Of a stretch of 57,729 nucleotides of DNA, positions 34,342 through 44,260 are shown in pieces. Under the pieces are notes generated by a model. That model had not been told where the DNA came from and searched no databases. It saw only the letters and a program-made list of their open reading frames with translations. Both the position numbers and the translations under genes were made by a program. Origin of the DNA: a virus (lineage: Duplodnaviria > Caudoviricetes); the IMG/VR virus record IMGVR_UViG_3300033407_000016, positions 1 to 57,729 of that record; one strand, 5' to 3'. Each line of letters begins with the position of its first letter. Within the stretch, counting starts at the first letter, position 1.

Positions 34342-36032
34342 TGCTGCACTCCAACGATCGACATGACGGCCCGTGCCGTGCCGGGCCTCAGATGGGTGAT
34401 GCGTAGCTCATCGTTCGCGATGCGGGCCAGTCGCAGGAAGCTGATGCGGTCAATGTCCTCCACGAGGATCTCCTGGCCCCACACAGAGTCGACAGTGAGC
34501 CGCTCGGTCGTGGAAGTCAGCTCCTCGGCCACTGTGATCAGCCTAGTGATCACAGTACCGTCGTTCAGCAGCATCCACAAGGCCGCGAGAGGGTCTTGGC
34601 CGTGCACGAAGTCGGTGTAGCCGATATTCTCGACCACCATTTGGTTCGACCCCGCCCCGAGCGTGCTCGTATTGATCAGGTCCGCGTAGAACGTAGGGAT
34701 GTAGAAGGAGGTGTGTGATCCCCGCAGCGCGTGCGCGAGCTGTCGGATGCGCCACACCGCCTCGGGAGTGTTTGCGATGAAGCCCTTCGTCGAGCTGAGT
34801 GCTGACAGCACATCGTCAGTGTACTGAACACGGCCAGTGATCTCGTTGTCGATCACCTCGATGCGTGTGCTGATGGACTCTGTGATCGTGGGCGAGTCGC
34901 CCACCCAATTAGGGTCACTCAGCATCACCTTAGAGTTGAAGCTCCCCCACGCGCTCGTATCGGACAGGTCCACGTCATTGTCCATGACGATGAACTTCAT
35001 GCGGTACTCGTCCATATTCTTGATGTACTTCTGTCCGCTCGCTGTGCCTTCTGTACGGGTCAAGCGCAGTGGGGCGACGATCGTGTCGTCAGTGCCATAG
35101 CTGTTCGATACGGCCGACGTGAAGGTGATGGATGTGGCTGTGAGCGACTGGATCTCTAGGGACTCGAACGTCGACGCAGCTGACCAGATGATCGCGAGCG
35201 CCCCCACACGGAAGTCGGCGAAGGTCGTGTCGACAGTGATCGTAGTGTCCAGGGCGGTGATGTCGGCGCCCAGCTTGCGCGACTCGAACCACACAGGCAG
35301 ACCGAGGACGCCCGCCTGGGCTCCAGCCATCAGCATGTGGAATGTGCGACGGTCCGAGCCCTCTTCCAACCTGAAGACCAGCTCGAACTCCTGTCGAGGA
35401 TGCTTCCCCATGCTTACTCGCTGCTCCGAGTTGTCCCGCGCCTTCAGGATGTCTGTTTGGAAGCGCAGCACCTCTTGAATCGGCGTCTCTGGCTCGTACG
35501 GGAACATGATGACGCGAGAGCCCGTGATGGGAATCGCGATCGCGCCGCTGTCCAACACGAAGTCGAGCGTGCCGTCGATGTCGGGAGGCCCACTCGCACT
35601 GATCACTACGTCGAAGACCGCACCGGCCTGAGCCGCAAGGATCGCGGGCAGAGATGGAAGACCATCGAACGTGACGCCGGGGCCGGCGTTCGGGGTCGCC
35701 GACGTGAACGTGCGAGCCGCGTTACGGTATGAATTATAGATCTCGATCGCGCGCGTCACGGTCGTGATGATACTGCCCAGTTCGATCGAGCTTGGGCTTG
35801 TCCACACTCGCTCGAAGAAGAACTGGCCTGGATCCTTGGCTTCCTGCCCCTCAAAGCTGCTGGCAGGGAGAGTCGCCGGCACCCCGGCACTGAACGGTCC
35901 CCCGATCAGCGGATCAAGAAGTACCTGCTTCAGACTGAACACACCAGGGGGCGCCGCCGAGGTGAGTATCTCGATCAGATTGCTGACGTGGGAGTCAACG
36001 CCCCCGATCTCCTGTCCCTCGAAGTCAGCCAT
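34338..36032 (-). CDS. minor tail (distal tail-like) protein
   Basis: PETPIQEVLRFQTDIL...EQR motif; position in tail module. Confidence 0.75.
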   Translation of the reverse strand: MADFEGQEIGGVDSHVSNLIEILTSAAPPGVFSLKQVLLDPLIGGPFSAGVPATLPASSFEGQEAKDPGQFFFERVWTSPSSIELGSIITTVTRAIEIYNSYRNAARTFTSATPNAGPGVTFDGLPSLPAILAAQAGAVFDVVISASGPPDIDGTLDFVLDSGAIAIPITGSRVIMFPYEPETPIQEVLRFQTDILKARDNSEQRVSMGKHPRQEFELVFRLEEGSDRRTFHMLMAGAQAGVLGLPVWFESRKLGADITALDTTITVDTTFADFRVGALAIIWSAASTFESLEIQSLTATSITFTSAVSNSYGTDDTIVAPLRLTRTEGTASGQKYIKNMDEYRMKFIVMDNDVDLSDTSAWGSFNSKVMLSDPNWVGDSPTITESISTRIEVIDNEITGRVQYTDDVLSALSSTKGFIANTPEAVWRIRQLAHALRGSHTSFYIPTFYADLINTSTLGAGSNQMVVENIGYTDFVHGQDPLAALWMLLNDGTVITRLITVAEELTSTTERLTVDSVWGQEILVEDIDRISFLRLARIANDELRITHLRPGTARAVMSIVGVQQ

Positions 36033-37009
36033 CAGCTCTTCCTATACACAATGCCTGCGTTCCAGCTCTCTTCCGTGTCGGCCAAGAGGTGCTGCTTGCG
36101 AGCCCAGGGATACACGACCCAGGTCTCTCCCCCGAGAGTGATGGTGTCACCTGCGCTGAGGTTGTTCATGTTCACGATGCCGACATTAGGTTGCTGTCCC
36201 AGCCAGATCCATGTGTCTGGTGCAGTGCCTGTGTCACGGTACACGACAGGAATGGGGATGATGGGAATGTATGAGTTCAGGTTGCTGTTGTGGATGTGCC
36301 GCATGAAGCGCAGCCATAGGCCGTCACGCGAGCCACCAAATAGCACACGCCTGGTCTGCCCAGCAGTGTCAGTGCCTGTGACAGAGGCTCCAAAGACCCC
36401 CCACTTTTCAGAGCCACCCTGGAGACCGATCCCTTCCATATGCATGGTGGCATTGCTCAGTGATGGTGAGGAAGTGCCGTCCAGGACGAATACGTGGGAG
36501 ACCGAAGCTGGATTGTCGATGTTGGTCGCACCCTGTTCCCAGATATGCCCATAGGCGTACTCGCCACCTGTCCAGTCATTGATCTTGTCGATCGTGCCGA
36601 AGCCGAAGTGGCGATAGATGCCTGCGCTAATTTGGACCACGACATGGATGTGCATAGGGTCGCCCCCCGCGCCATCCTCACAGTAGAACTCGTACGAGGT
36701 CCACGGACCAGCCGTGAGGAACTCGACACGGCGCTCAATTCCGATCGTGGCACTACCGTTGCCGGAGTCGTTCGGCATCACGTCGATGGCAGTGGCGGGC
36801 GTGTATCCTAGCGACTGACAGATGTTCAGGTCCGCTCCTGTCCCGTCCCACCCGAAGTGGACGTACATATTCGACTCATGGATCGTACATTCGTCGTTGG
36901 TTGCATCATAGTTGTCGACCGTGAAGTTGTGGGCAGCCGCGAACGTCTGGAGCTTATTGACCAGATCCTCGACCGAAGATGGCGTGCCGGTTTCGAACTG
37001 TAGGGCCAT
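36032..37009 (-). CDS. virion structural tail protein
   Basis: FETGT.SS..DL, YRHFGFG, GDTITLGGETWVVYP. Confidence 0.75.
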   Translation of the reverse strand: MALQFETGTPSSVEDLVNKLQTFAAAHNFTVDNYDATNDECTIHESNMYVHFGWDGTGADLNICQSLGYTPATAIDVMPNDSGNGSATIGIERRVEFLTAGPWTSYEFYCEDGAGGDPMHIHVVVQISAGIYRHFGFGTIDKINDWTGGEYAYGHIWEQGATNIDNPASVSHVFVLDGTSSPSLSNATMHMEGIGLQGGSEKWGVFGASVTGTDTAGQTRRVLFGGSRDGLWLRFMRHIHNSNLNSYIPIIPIPVVYRDTGTAPDTWIWLGQQPNVGIVNMNNLSAGDTITLGGETWVVYPWARKQHLLADTEESWNAGIVYRKS

Positions 37010-38301
37010 CAGCCCTCCTTGATAGCCAGGAACGAGTGGATGCCCGTTCGGTTGCAGTTCTTGAAGACACGATACACGTCGCCCTGGATGATGCGGTCCT
37101 CGGATGTTGGAGCGGTCGTAGTGCTGTACGCCTGGAACCAGAAGACATCATCCAGTTCTCCATAGACCTGCTGATCGTTGGCTGTTTCACTATGCAGTAG
37201 CATGGTAGGGAACAGGACATAGTAGTCAGCCCCGGTTCCAGGAGTAGGCTCCAGATTGGCCGTGGGCGCACTGATAGTATCCATATTCACGATGTGGTCA
37301 AAACTGAAGGCCAGAGAGTGCGCTGTGAACCTGTCCTCTAGCGGCGCAGAAGAAGAGTCTTGTAGGCTACCGCATGGTAGTGTGATGTACTTGCCCGACG
37401 GGTTGATGTCAGCTCCCGTGAAGGTCGCGTTCGCGAAACTGTGCCATGTGCCTGCGGCGTCAATCAGGCGCATCGGTCCATCGTCCACGTTGACCTCTGC
37501 CCACGGGTCAGTCAGTGAACTGAATGTAGTCGCCTGATTGTGCGTAGCATCGTATTCTGGGGCTGCGCCCGCCACCATGAGTGGGTAGGGGTACTCCGTG
37601 GTGGTTGCATAGCGACTAATGAAGCCAAGATACATTGGGTAGAAGTTCGAATCGACCCGCACCATCAGGATGATGCGGAATGGAGTGACGCTCAGCCACC
37701 AGTTCATGGAGCCATTCTTGAGGAGCAGATACGTGCCCTTGCGCGTCGCTGCATCCCCACTATCGTGGGCACCAGGGCTTGCGCCCGGCTGAGACTGGTT
37801 GGCGAGTCCAGAATCGTACCCTGTGTAGCCATGCAGCTCCCAGTTGTACCGCCCAGAGGCGCCGACGTTGTAGGTGCGCCATCCCACATAGATCGTGTCC
37901 GACCCGCCACCAGTTCCGTGCAGAATCACGTCACGCTCGGTACCAGACCATGTGGTGTCACGATCGGCCGTCCACCCGTTCGTGCTAGAGGTGATCGCCA
38001 AAGCAGCGCCGCTCCCAGTTCCCCCAGTTGGGGAATTGGGGGTGGACGGGCCGGCCGAGTACACGCCCGCGCTGTCGATGCGAACAGCAGTCAGCGCACC
38101 TCCCCCATCGACCGATACAACCTCGATCGTCGCGGCTGTCCCAGTGCCGCCGGCAATGGTCAGTATGTCACCAGCGACATAGCCTGTGCTTGCATCAGTG
38201 CCGTCGATCGCCACTGTGTCGAGTGACGTGGCTGTGACAGCAGCCACGATGTCGTTGCTCAGGTCGATGTAATCAGAGCTTGTGCCCTTGATCCAACTCA
38301 C
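37009..38301 (-). CDS. virion structural tail protein
   Basis: YPYPL.VAG, GELD.VFW; paralogous in style to the downstream gene. Confidence 0.75.
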   Translation of the reverse strand: MSWIKGTSSDYIDLSNDIVAAVTATSLDTVAIDGTDASTGYVAGDILTIAGGTGTAATIEVVSVDGGGALTAVRIDSAGVYSAGPSTPNSPTGGTGSGAALAITSSTNGWTADRDTTWSGTERDVILHGTGGGSDTIYVGWRTYNVGASGRYNWELHGYTGYDSGLANQSQPGASPGAHDSGDAATRKGTYLLLKNGSMNWWLSVTPFRIILMVRVDSNFYPMYLGFISRYATTTEYPYPLMVAGAAPEYDATHNQATTFSSLTDPWAEVNVDDGPMRLIDAAGTWHSFANATFTGADINPSGKYITLPCGSLQDSSSAPLEDRFTAHSLAFSFDHIVNMDTISAPTANLEPTPGTGADYYVLFPTMLLHSETANDQQVYGELDDVFWFQAYSTTTAPTSEDRIIQGDVYRVFKNCNRTGIHSFLAIKEG

Positions 38302-40526
38302 GATAGTGCCCTGTTGGCTGTGGTCTTGTTGCGGGAGAGCTGATTCATGATAACCCGCGTTCCTTCCTCGTCCGCCATCGCCTCTCGGATCAGGGCGGGG
38401 TCGAGCACGTTGACGAACTTGAAGTTCGGCGCTGCCGGAGGCGGTGCTGTCTGCATGGAGTTGCCAGCGCGACGCTGCGCGGGCGTCGTGACATCCACCT
38501 GTTCGTTCGGCGACTTCCGGAAAGCTACGATCTGAGAGTCAGCCCCACCAGACCCACCAGGCAAGATTGTCCCTCCATGGGCAAAGGCAGGGAGCCCGAG
38601 CGCTGAACTGACAGCTTTGACGGCCTGCATACGGACGATCGCTCCGATGATCTGAGTGATGCTGTCGACCGCTGCCGACGCGAACTCTTGGAACAGAACC
38701 TTCCCGCCGCTCGTGAAGTTGCGGAGCTGGTCGAACCCAGCATCAAACACGGCAGTGATACTGTCCCCGAGGATCTGCTGGCTCTGGGACACCTCATTGA
38801 GCGTGCCCTTCAACCCCTCCAGCGCTTTGGCATACTGCTCGGCCGTGAGGTCGGGCTTGAGCTCATCTAGCGCCTCCAAGTTCTTCACCAACTCCCTGTC
38901 TGGCCCCAGGATCTGCTCCTTCAGCTCCGCCTGGCGGGCGAGCGCCTGGTTCTCGGCGATCAGTCCCTCAACCACCTTACGGTCGGGTGCGGCCAGCTCC
39001 TTGCCCTGCTTGAACAGAGCGTTCTCCAGCGCGAAGATCTCTGCGCGACGCTGGCGCGCATCACCGCTCAGCTTGAGTAGCTTAGCTTCCTGAGCCAGTC
39101 CCGAAATCGCGTCCCGTAGTGCATCCTTCTCTGGCTTGCCCTCTGGTACTACAGCGGCAACTCCGGCAGTCTGCCCAACACTCCCACCAGCACCGCCCTT
39201 CTTGAACGCGGCCTCTCCCTGGAGCTTAGCGACGCGGTCCTCGATGTTAGTTATGAAGCCGGTCAGGTCAGAGTTAGCCATGCCATCGGCAAGCTTAGAG
39301 CCAAGCCTAGAGCCTGCGATTGCAGCGGCCGTACTGTCAAACTGAAACAGCTCCAGCTCAGCCAGCTCGCTCTTACCTACCGCCGTACGGATTATATTCA
39401 GGCCCTTGATGAAGCCCTGAATCAGTCCCTGGATCAACCCACTCGCGACGTTGACCGCTTCCAGCAACAACTGCACGAAGCCATCAATGAACTTGCCCCA
39501 GTTGTCGTCCACGAACTTGAAGAAGTTGCCGAAGATGAAGCCGAGTCCGTCAATGAGCTGCGCCGCAGAGCGGAGCAGCTCGATCGCGCCCAGGCCAATG
39601 AGCTTGAATGCCTTCAGTGCGATGCCCGGAAGAGACTCGAAGAACGGCTGGAGTGGTGCAAGCACCGCCATCAGCTCTTGGAACACGGCCGTGCCGACGT
39701 TGGTGAGGAAGTCGATCGGAGTCTTGAGCGCCTCCAGGGCCACAGACAGTGCAAGGATGCCCTGGGCTAGTGCAGTGCTGGCACCACGTCCTTGATCGAA
39801 CTCACCGATCAGCTTCAAGAATGCATTCTGCAACAGTGTGACCGCCTGTCCAACGGTGATGATGGTCTTCTCATACTCCTCGTTCAAGAAGTCAGCATTC
39901 TTCTTGAATGCATCCAGCACGACCTGGGCAGTAATCTTGCCTTCCTTACCCAGATCACGGAGAGCACCACGGGTGATCCCCAAACTAGAGGCGATCGTGT
40001 CCGCCACGAACGGCAGATTCTCCAGAACCGAGATTAGCTCATCACCACGCAGCGCACCTGAGGCGATGCCCTGGGAGAGCTGACGCAGTCCGCCCTTGGC
40101 TTCGGACGCGGCCGAGCCACCAATGATGACGGCCTTGTTGACCAGCTCAGTGAACTCAAGGATCTCTTGCTGGGACCGGCCCAGCTCCTTCGCAGACAGA
40201 GCGAACTTCGAGAATGAGTTCGCCGTCTCTTCGAAGGACGAGCGTGTGCGCTTCGCGATCTCGAATAGCTCGTCAGTCACAGCTCCAAGATTCTCGGTGC
40301 CTGTCGTCACGATCTTCAATTTGTTCTGGAGCACGGTGAACGTGTCCGCCAGGCCGATTAGCTGCTTGACCACAGCGACTGCCGCCAAGGCCCCGAGAGC
40401 TTTCTTGAGGAGCGAAATAGCGCCCCCAGTAGCCTTGGCGGACTTCCCTACGTTCTCGATGTTACGCTTGACAACGAGCGCACCCTTCTCATCAATCTTG
40501 ATAGATAGCTGTTCTGTAGCCATCAC
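38298..40526 (-). CDS. tape measure protein
   Basis: QLSQGIASGALRGDELISVLENLP tape-measure domain; Ala-rich helical. Confidence 0.92.
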   Translation of the reverse strand: MMATEQLSIKIDEKGALVVKRNIENVGKSAKATGGAISLLKKALGALAAVAVVKQLIGLADTFTVLQNKLKIVTTGTENLGAVTDELFEIAKRTRSSFEETANSFSKFALSAKELGRSQQEILEFTELVNKAVIIGGSAASEAKGGLRQLSQGIASGALRGDELISVLENLPFVADTIASSLGITRGALRDLGKEGKITAQVVLDAFKKNADFLNEEYEKTIITVGQAVTLLQNAFLKLIGEFDQGRGASTALAQGILALSVALEALKTPIDFLTNVGTAVFQELMAVLAPLQPFFESLPGIALKAFKLIGLGAIELLRSAAQLIDGLGFIFGNFFKFVDDNWGKFIDGFVQLLLEAVNVASGLIQGLIQGFIKGLNIIRTAVGKSELAELELFQFDSTAAAIAGSRLGSKLADGMANSDLTGFITNIEDRVAKLQGEAAFKKGGAGGSVGQTAGVAAVVPEGKPEKDALRDAISGLAQEAKLLKLSGDARQRRAEIFALENALFKQGKELAAPDRKVVEGLIAENQALARQAELKEQILGPDRELVKNLEALDELKPDLTAEQYAKALEGLKGTLNEVSQSQQILGDSITAVFDAGFDQLRNFTSGGKVLFQEFASAAVDSITQIIGAIVRMQAVKAVSSALGLPAFAHGGTILPGGSGGADSQIVAFRKSPNEQVDVTTPAQRRAGNSMQTAPPPAAPNFKFVNVLDPALIREAMADEEGTRVIMNQLSRNKTTANRALS

Positions 40527-40984
40527 ACACCGTCCAGCAGCCGGGCAGCACCAAGCTGCTTCTGTGCCGCGCGGATCGCATCGGCCGTCATGCCCTGCGG
40601 TGCCTGCGCTGAGCTGCCAGCGTCCAGTGCAACAATGTACGCCACATTGTTCGTGATGAAGATACCACCCCTGCCCAGCTTGTACTCCGCGATCTTGATG
40701 CGGCCCTTCTCCAGCGCCTCGTTCGCAGCCTGCCCCTTCACTCCTCGCTTACCTTTGCCGCCCTTTGGCCCGAGAGCATCCGCTGGTGTACCAGCACCGG
40801 GCGCCCCCACGGTGACAATCCAGTTCGCGCGAGCACGACCCGTATCGACCGGCGTCTTCAGGACGGCGGTCTGATCCGCTGCGATAGCAGCACGCTTGAC
40901 GATCTTGAGCGTGTTACGCTCCACCGCCTTCGCAATCAGGTCCAGGCGCCTTTTGAAGCCCTCTGCTGTCCGGCTAGTGGCGAT
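40523..40984 (-). CDS. neck/tail completion protein (HK97 gp10-like)
   Basis: TPVDTGRARANW, ITNNVAYI..L..GSS.QAP.G; GTG at 40924, possible ATC start at 40984. Confidence 0.85.
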   Translation of the reverse strand: MATSRTAEGFKRRLDLIAKAVERNTLKIVKRAAIAADQTAVLKTPVDTGRARANWIVTVGAPGAGTPADALGPKGGKGKRGVKGQAANEALEKGRIKIAEYKLGRGGIFITNNVAYIVALDAGSSAQAPQGMTADAIRAAQKQLGAARLLDGV

Positions 40985-41316
40985 GACTTCTTCCCCTTGT
41001 CGTGGTAATCCAAGAATGCGTTGTCCATCACCCTGATAAGGTAGAACAGGTCTTCTTCCTGAGCCTCATCCAGCTCGAAGGTGACCGCATAGTCACGAAT
41101 TGAGGTCCACGGGATCTGCCCAGCAGCCCAGCCCGTGGATCGGCATGTGTTCAACTCCCAGAACGCATCGTAGTACAGCTCCAGGCCCATGATGAGCCGA
41201 GGGGCGTTCGCAATCCTGTCAGGGAGGGGCGAACGCTCCCGCATGCACTGCTTGATGATGCGTTGTTCGACTGGTGCCTGTTGCAGGGTGTACAGCAGGC
41301 ACTCAATCAGTTTCCC
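40936..41316 (-). CDS. tail assembly chaperone, -1 frameshift extension (gpGT-like)
   Basis: Open -1 frame from the slippery site; FWELNTCR...IPW.SI..YA. Confidence 0.8.
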   Translation of the reverse strand, partial: GKLIECLLYTLQQAPVEQRIIKQCMRERSPLPDRIANAPRLIMGLELYYDAFWELNTCRSTGWAAGQIPWTSIRDYAVTFELDEAQEEDLFYLIRVMDNAFLDYHDKGKKSSPLAGQQRASKGAWT

Positions 41317-41735
41317 GACGCTTCCTCCCTCAGACTGGATCGGTAGAGAGCGATTGAAGATGCGTCGGCTTGGATCGAGTCGAACAGGTCTGGTAGCTCA
41401 CGGAAGATGGCGAGGATGTTCTCCTCACTCATCGGCTTCACACCACCGTCGCCGTCGTCGATACCGTCGACGAATTCATCGTTGATCTTGGTCTGCCATC
41501 CGGTGATGACTGAGCGGGCATAGACCTGGCGAAGAATGTCGATCGCGAGGTCGTTATCCATCAGGTCAAGTTGCATCGCGCGACGATGGGGCCGTCCAAT
41601 CTCTTCGAGCGTACGCTGGTACTTCTTGTTGGCGCCGCCAGCTCGTGCCGCACGGACCTTGAACTCACCGAAGTCAAGCCAGACGCCCTCGCGCTCAGTC
41701 TTGGCGTCGGTTCCGAACATGGATCGAATACTCAT
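41307..41735 (-). CDS. tail assembly chaperone (gpG-like)
   Basis: FGTD..E..GVW, ARAGGANK, LPDLF; lies between tail tube and TMP. Confidence 0.85.
   Translation of the reverse strand: MSIRSMFGTDAKTEREGVWLDFGEFKVRAARAGGANKKYQRTLEEIGRPHRRAMQLDLMDNDLAIDILRQVYARSVITGWQTKINDEFVDGIDDGDGGVKPMSEENILAIFRELPDLFDSIQADASSIALYRSSLREEASGN
41310..41316 (-). promoter_or_regulatory. -1 programmed frameshift site G GGA AAC
   Basis: XXXYYYZ heptamer immediately before the TGA stop. Confidence 0.85.
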
Positions 41736-41866
41736 TTTGCTCCTCTCTTGATGCCCAGCGCGCGTGCGCTGGTCTTCTTCATCTTCCCCGCCTGGACCCG
41801 AGCCTTATTCGTTCGTTTCCGAGCTGCTAGCGCCTTCAGCGCCTTGCGTCGTCCTGGGGTGCTCAT
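41732..41866 (-). CDS. 44-aa highly basic peptide
   Basis: MSTPGRRKALKALAARKRTNK...; GGAGG SD; ATGA overlap with the chaperone gene. Confidence 0.6.
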   Translation of the reverse strand: MSTPGRRKALKALAARKRTNKARVQAGKMKKTSARALGIKRGAK

Positions 41867-41983
41867 GTCGCCTCCCAAATAGCGCACGCTGTTGAGCCTT
41901 CTTGGCTTCAGTGTGCGTGTCGAACGTACCGATGGTGCCCCCGGTCGGAGACACCACTCGATACTTGTCAGCTACACGGATGA

Positions 41984-43819
41984 TCATCCCGCCACTGTCG
42001 GCAGGTAGTCGAAGAACGACAGGAACAGCGTGTGGTTCAAGGCCGAGTTGACCTTGGCACCAGTCGACGCTTCGCTCGTGATCGGCAGAGTGATCGCCGC
42101 ATCCTGCTCCACGTTGGGGCGTCCATCCCCGAGCGTGAGCAGAGGCAGGTCGATCGCGATACCGACATTGTCCTTCACCAGAGCGAGGGCCAACGTGATG
42201 TCACTGTTGTCTCGCACCGCCTGGATCGCGCTGACGTTGCCGAAGTAGGCAGTCAGCTCACCACTCACGGCGAACGTACCAGCAGTGACCTCGAAGGCAC
42301 CGAGCGTTCCGACCGCCTTGTTGGCGGACACGTTGTTGTTGATGGCCAACGTGAGGTCTGTCACGAATGCGAACAGGGCGGTCGGAGACTCGTCCGAGCT
42401 GCTCGCGACAGCCATCTTGATCAGCGGCACGTCCGAGCTGGTGTTGTAGGCGTCAGCCTCCACCAGAGCGGGACGTGTACCGGCCTTGAGCGCCGCCGGC
42501 CCAGTGATCGTCTCGTTGTCTGCCCCCACGAAACTGAGGTCGACCGTGGCCTTATCAGCGGTGGGCACATTCAGCGTGAACTCACTCGGCACGGCGCCCG
42601 TGATGTACTCTGCCTGGATCTCTGAGGTCAGGACATCGTCGGGAGCACCCAGCGAGCGTTCGAGCTGGTAGGTGCGACGCACCTGGCTGGCCTGGTCATC
42701 CTCGTTCTTCAGTGGTCGACCGTAGAAGATCTGGACGGTCTCGCCGCCGGCCAGCGACTCAGTGACCATCGTCGACACACTCTTGTCGATCGTGAGGGTG
42801 GTCGCGCTGGTCGCGCGGCATCGCTTCCATCCATTGTTCGCGGCTGTGGCGAAGCCATCTCCTGCTACATCCGCACCGATGTAGAATGGCTCACCAGGCA
42901 GCAGAGGCAGCGTGGTGAAGTCGAACGCAGCATCGGACGTGATCGTGGGCAGTGTGCCAGTCACGACATTGAGGTCGTCTGCGGCAAACTGATGGCCAAC
43001 GGTCGTCATCGTTGCCGTAGAGGCGGGCGATGCGTCCGTGGTCAGATTCTCAACAGTCGTGATCACGTTGTTCGTGATGCTGGACGCGGTCTTGAGCCCG
43101 TTGTTCGCAGCATCGTTGTTGCCTGCCAGGAACAGAAGGTCTCCGGCGAGCCAGGTCAGGCCGTTCCCGTAGGTAATGGTCACGGTCAGCGCATCATCCC
43201 CGGAGCCAGTGAGGGCTACGGTAGCGGCCCCCGCACCAGTGTCTGTGTGTGTGCGACCCTGCGTGAGCAGCGACACAGTGAGTACGACACCACCGGAGAC
43301 GGTAGCAACGGTCCACGTCGAGAGAATCGTCGCGTTCACGTCCGTCACGGAGAACGTGTCGCCGACCGCGTAGCCAGTACCACCAACCACGACAGCAGCA
43401 GTCACACCCACTCGACTGTCGACCGTGATCTCGTCAGTGGTCGTGTCGATGTCGGTGATCAGGAAGTCCTCGTCGACACCCAGCAGGCCACTGCCCTGAG
43501 CACTCCGGTTCGCCCCCACGTCTTGACGACGACGGAAGTTGGCGAACATGAAGCCCTGGAGCATGTCCTGGAGGTTGGTCTGCGTGATGTCTGTGTTGAT
43601 ACCACCGCTGGCGTCGAGATCGGTCACGACACCCTTCTTGCGCTGGCGTCCAGAGTTGATCGGGTTACGGGCGACCGTGGTCACCTGTCCACCGAAGTCG
43701 TTGTAGGAGTTCGGCTCCATCGGATACCAGATCTCATTGCCGGAGACTGTCTTGTACGAGTCCTCCACGGCGTAGCGTAGGCCCGTCGAATTAGAGTCGA
43801 TCTTGTTGATCTGGGTCAT
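41984..43819 (-). CDS. major tail (tube) protein with inserted domain
   Basis: KIDSNSTGL, EPNSYNDFGG, RQRKKG..TDLDASGG. Confidence 0.88.
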   Translation of the reverse strand: MTQINKIDSNSTGLRYAVEDSYKTVSGNEIWYPMEPNSYNDFGGQVTTVARNPINSGRQRKKGVVTDLDASGGINTDITQTNLQDMLQGFMFANFRRRQDVGANRSAQGSGLLGVDEDFLITDIDTTTDEITVDSRVGVTAAVVVGGTGYAVGDTFSVTDVNATILSTWTVATVSGGVVLTVSLLTQGRTHTDTGAGAATVALTGSGDDALTVTITYGNGLTWLAGDLLFLAGNNDAANNGLKTASSITNNVITTVENLTTDASPASTATMTTVGHQFAADDLNVVTGTLPTITSDAAFDFTTLPLLPGEPFYIGADVAGDGFATAANNGWKRCRATSATTLTIDKSVSTMVTESLAGGETVQIFYGRPLKNEDDQASQVRRTYQLERSLGAPDDVLTSEIQAEYITGAVPSEFTLNVPTADKATVDLSFVGADNETITGPAALKAGTRPALVEADAYNTSSDVPLIKMAVASSSDESPTALFAFVTDLTLAINNNVSANKAVGTLGAFEVTAGTFAVSGELTAYFGNVSAIQAVRDNSDITLALALVKDNVGIAIDLPLLTLGDGRPNVEQDAAITLPITSEASTGAKVNSALNHTLFLSFFDYLPTVAG

Positions 43820-43831
43820 TTCGATCCTCGC

Positions 43832-44260
43832 TTATCGTATTTCGTCGTACTCAAAGTCGGCGAGCACGTTGGTTTGGAACCACTGGCCTTCCTGGCCAAT
43901 CTCTTGTGATCGTACGTTATGGAAGATCACTCTTCCAGGCGAGGTCGTCACGCCCTCGAATGCATTCTTGGCGATAGTCGCCAGGTCATCAGACAGTGAG
44001 CCCCCCTTCCCGTAGAAGGTGAAGATCTGCACTGTGGCGACACCGTATCGCCGGTAGCGTCGCGCTCCCACATCGTTGCTGAGGGTGACCTTCTCCGCAT
44101 CCTGATGCCGCACGGTGAGCCTGCACCAGGGCGTATCAGGGGTGTCGACATAGGCCACGTCCCAATACCTGATAGGATACTCATCAGAGGTGTCTGCCGC
44201 GAGCCAGGCCGTACGGAAGGCCGTTTGGATCTCATCCTTGGCTTGTTTGATTGCGGTCAT
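43832..44260 (-). CDS. tail terminator
   Basis: PW.R.TVRH, VQIF, WFQTNV..FEYDE. Confidence 0.8.
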   Translation of the reverse strand: MTAIKQAKDEIQTAFRTAWLAADTSDEYPIRYWDVAYVDTPDTPWCRLTVRHQDAEKVTLSNDVGARRYRRYGVATVQIFTFYGKGGSLSDDLATIAKNAFEGVTTSPGRVIFHNVRSQEIGQEGQWFQTNVLADFEYDEIR

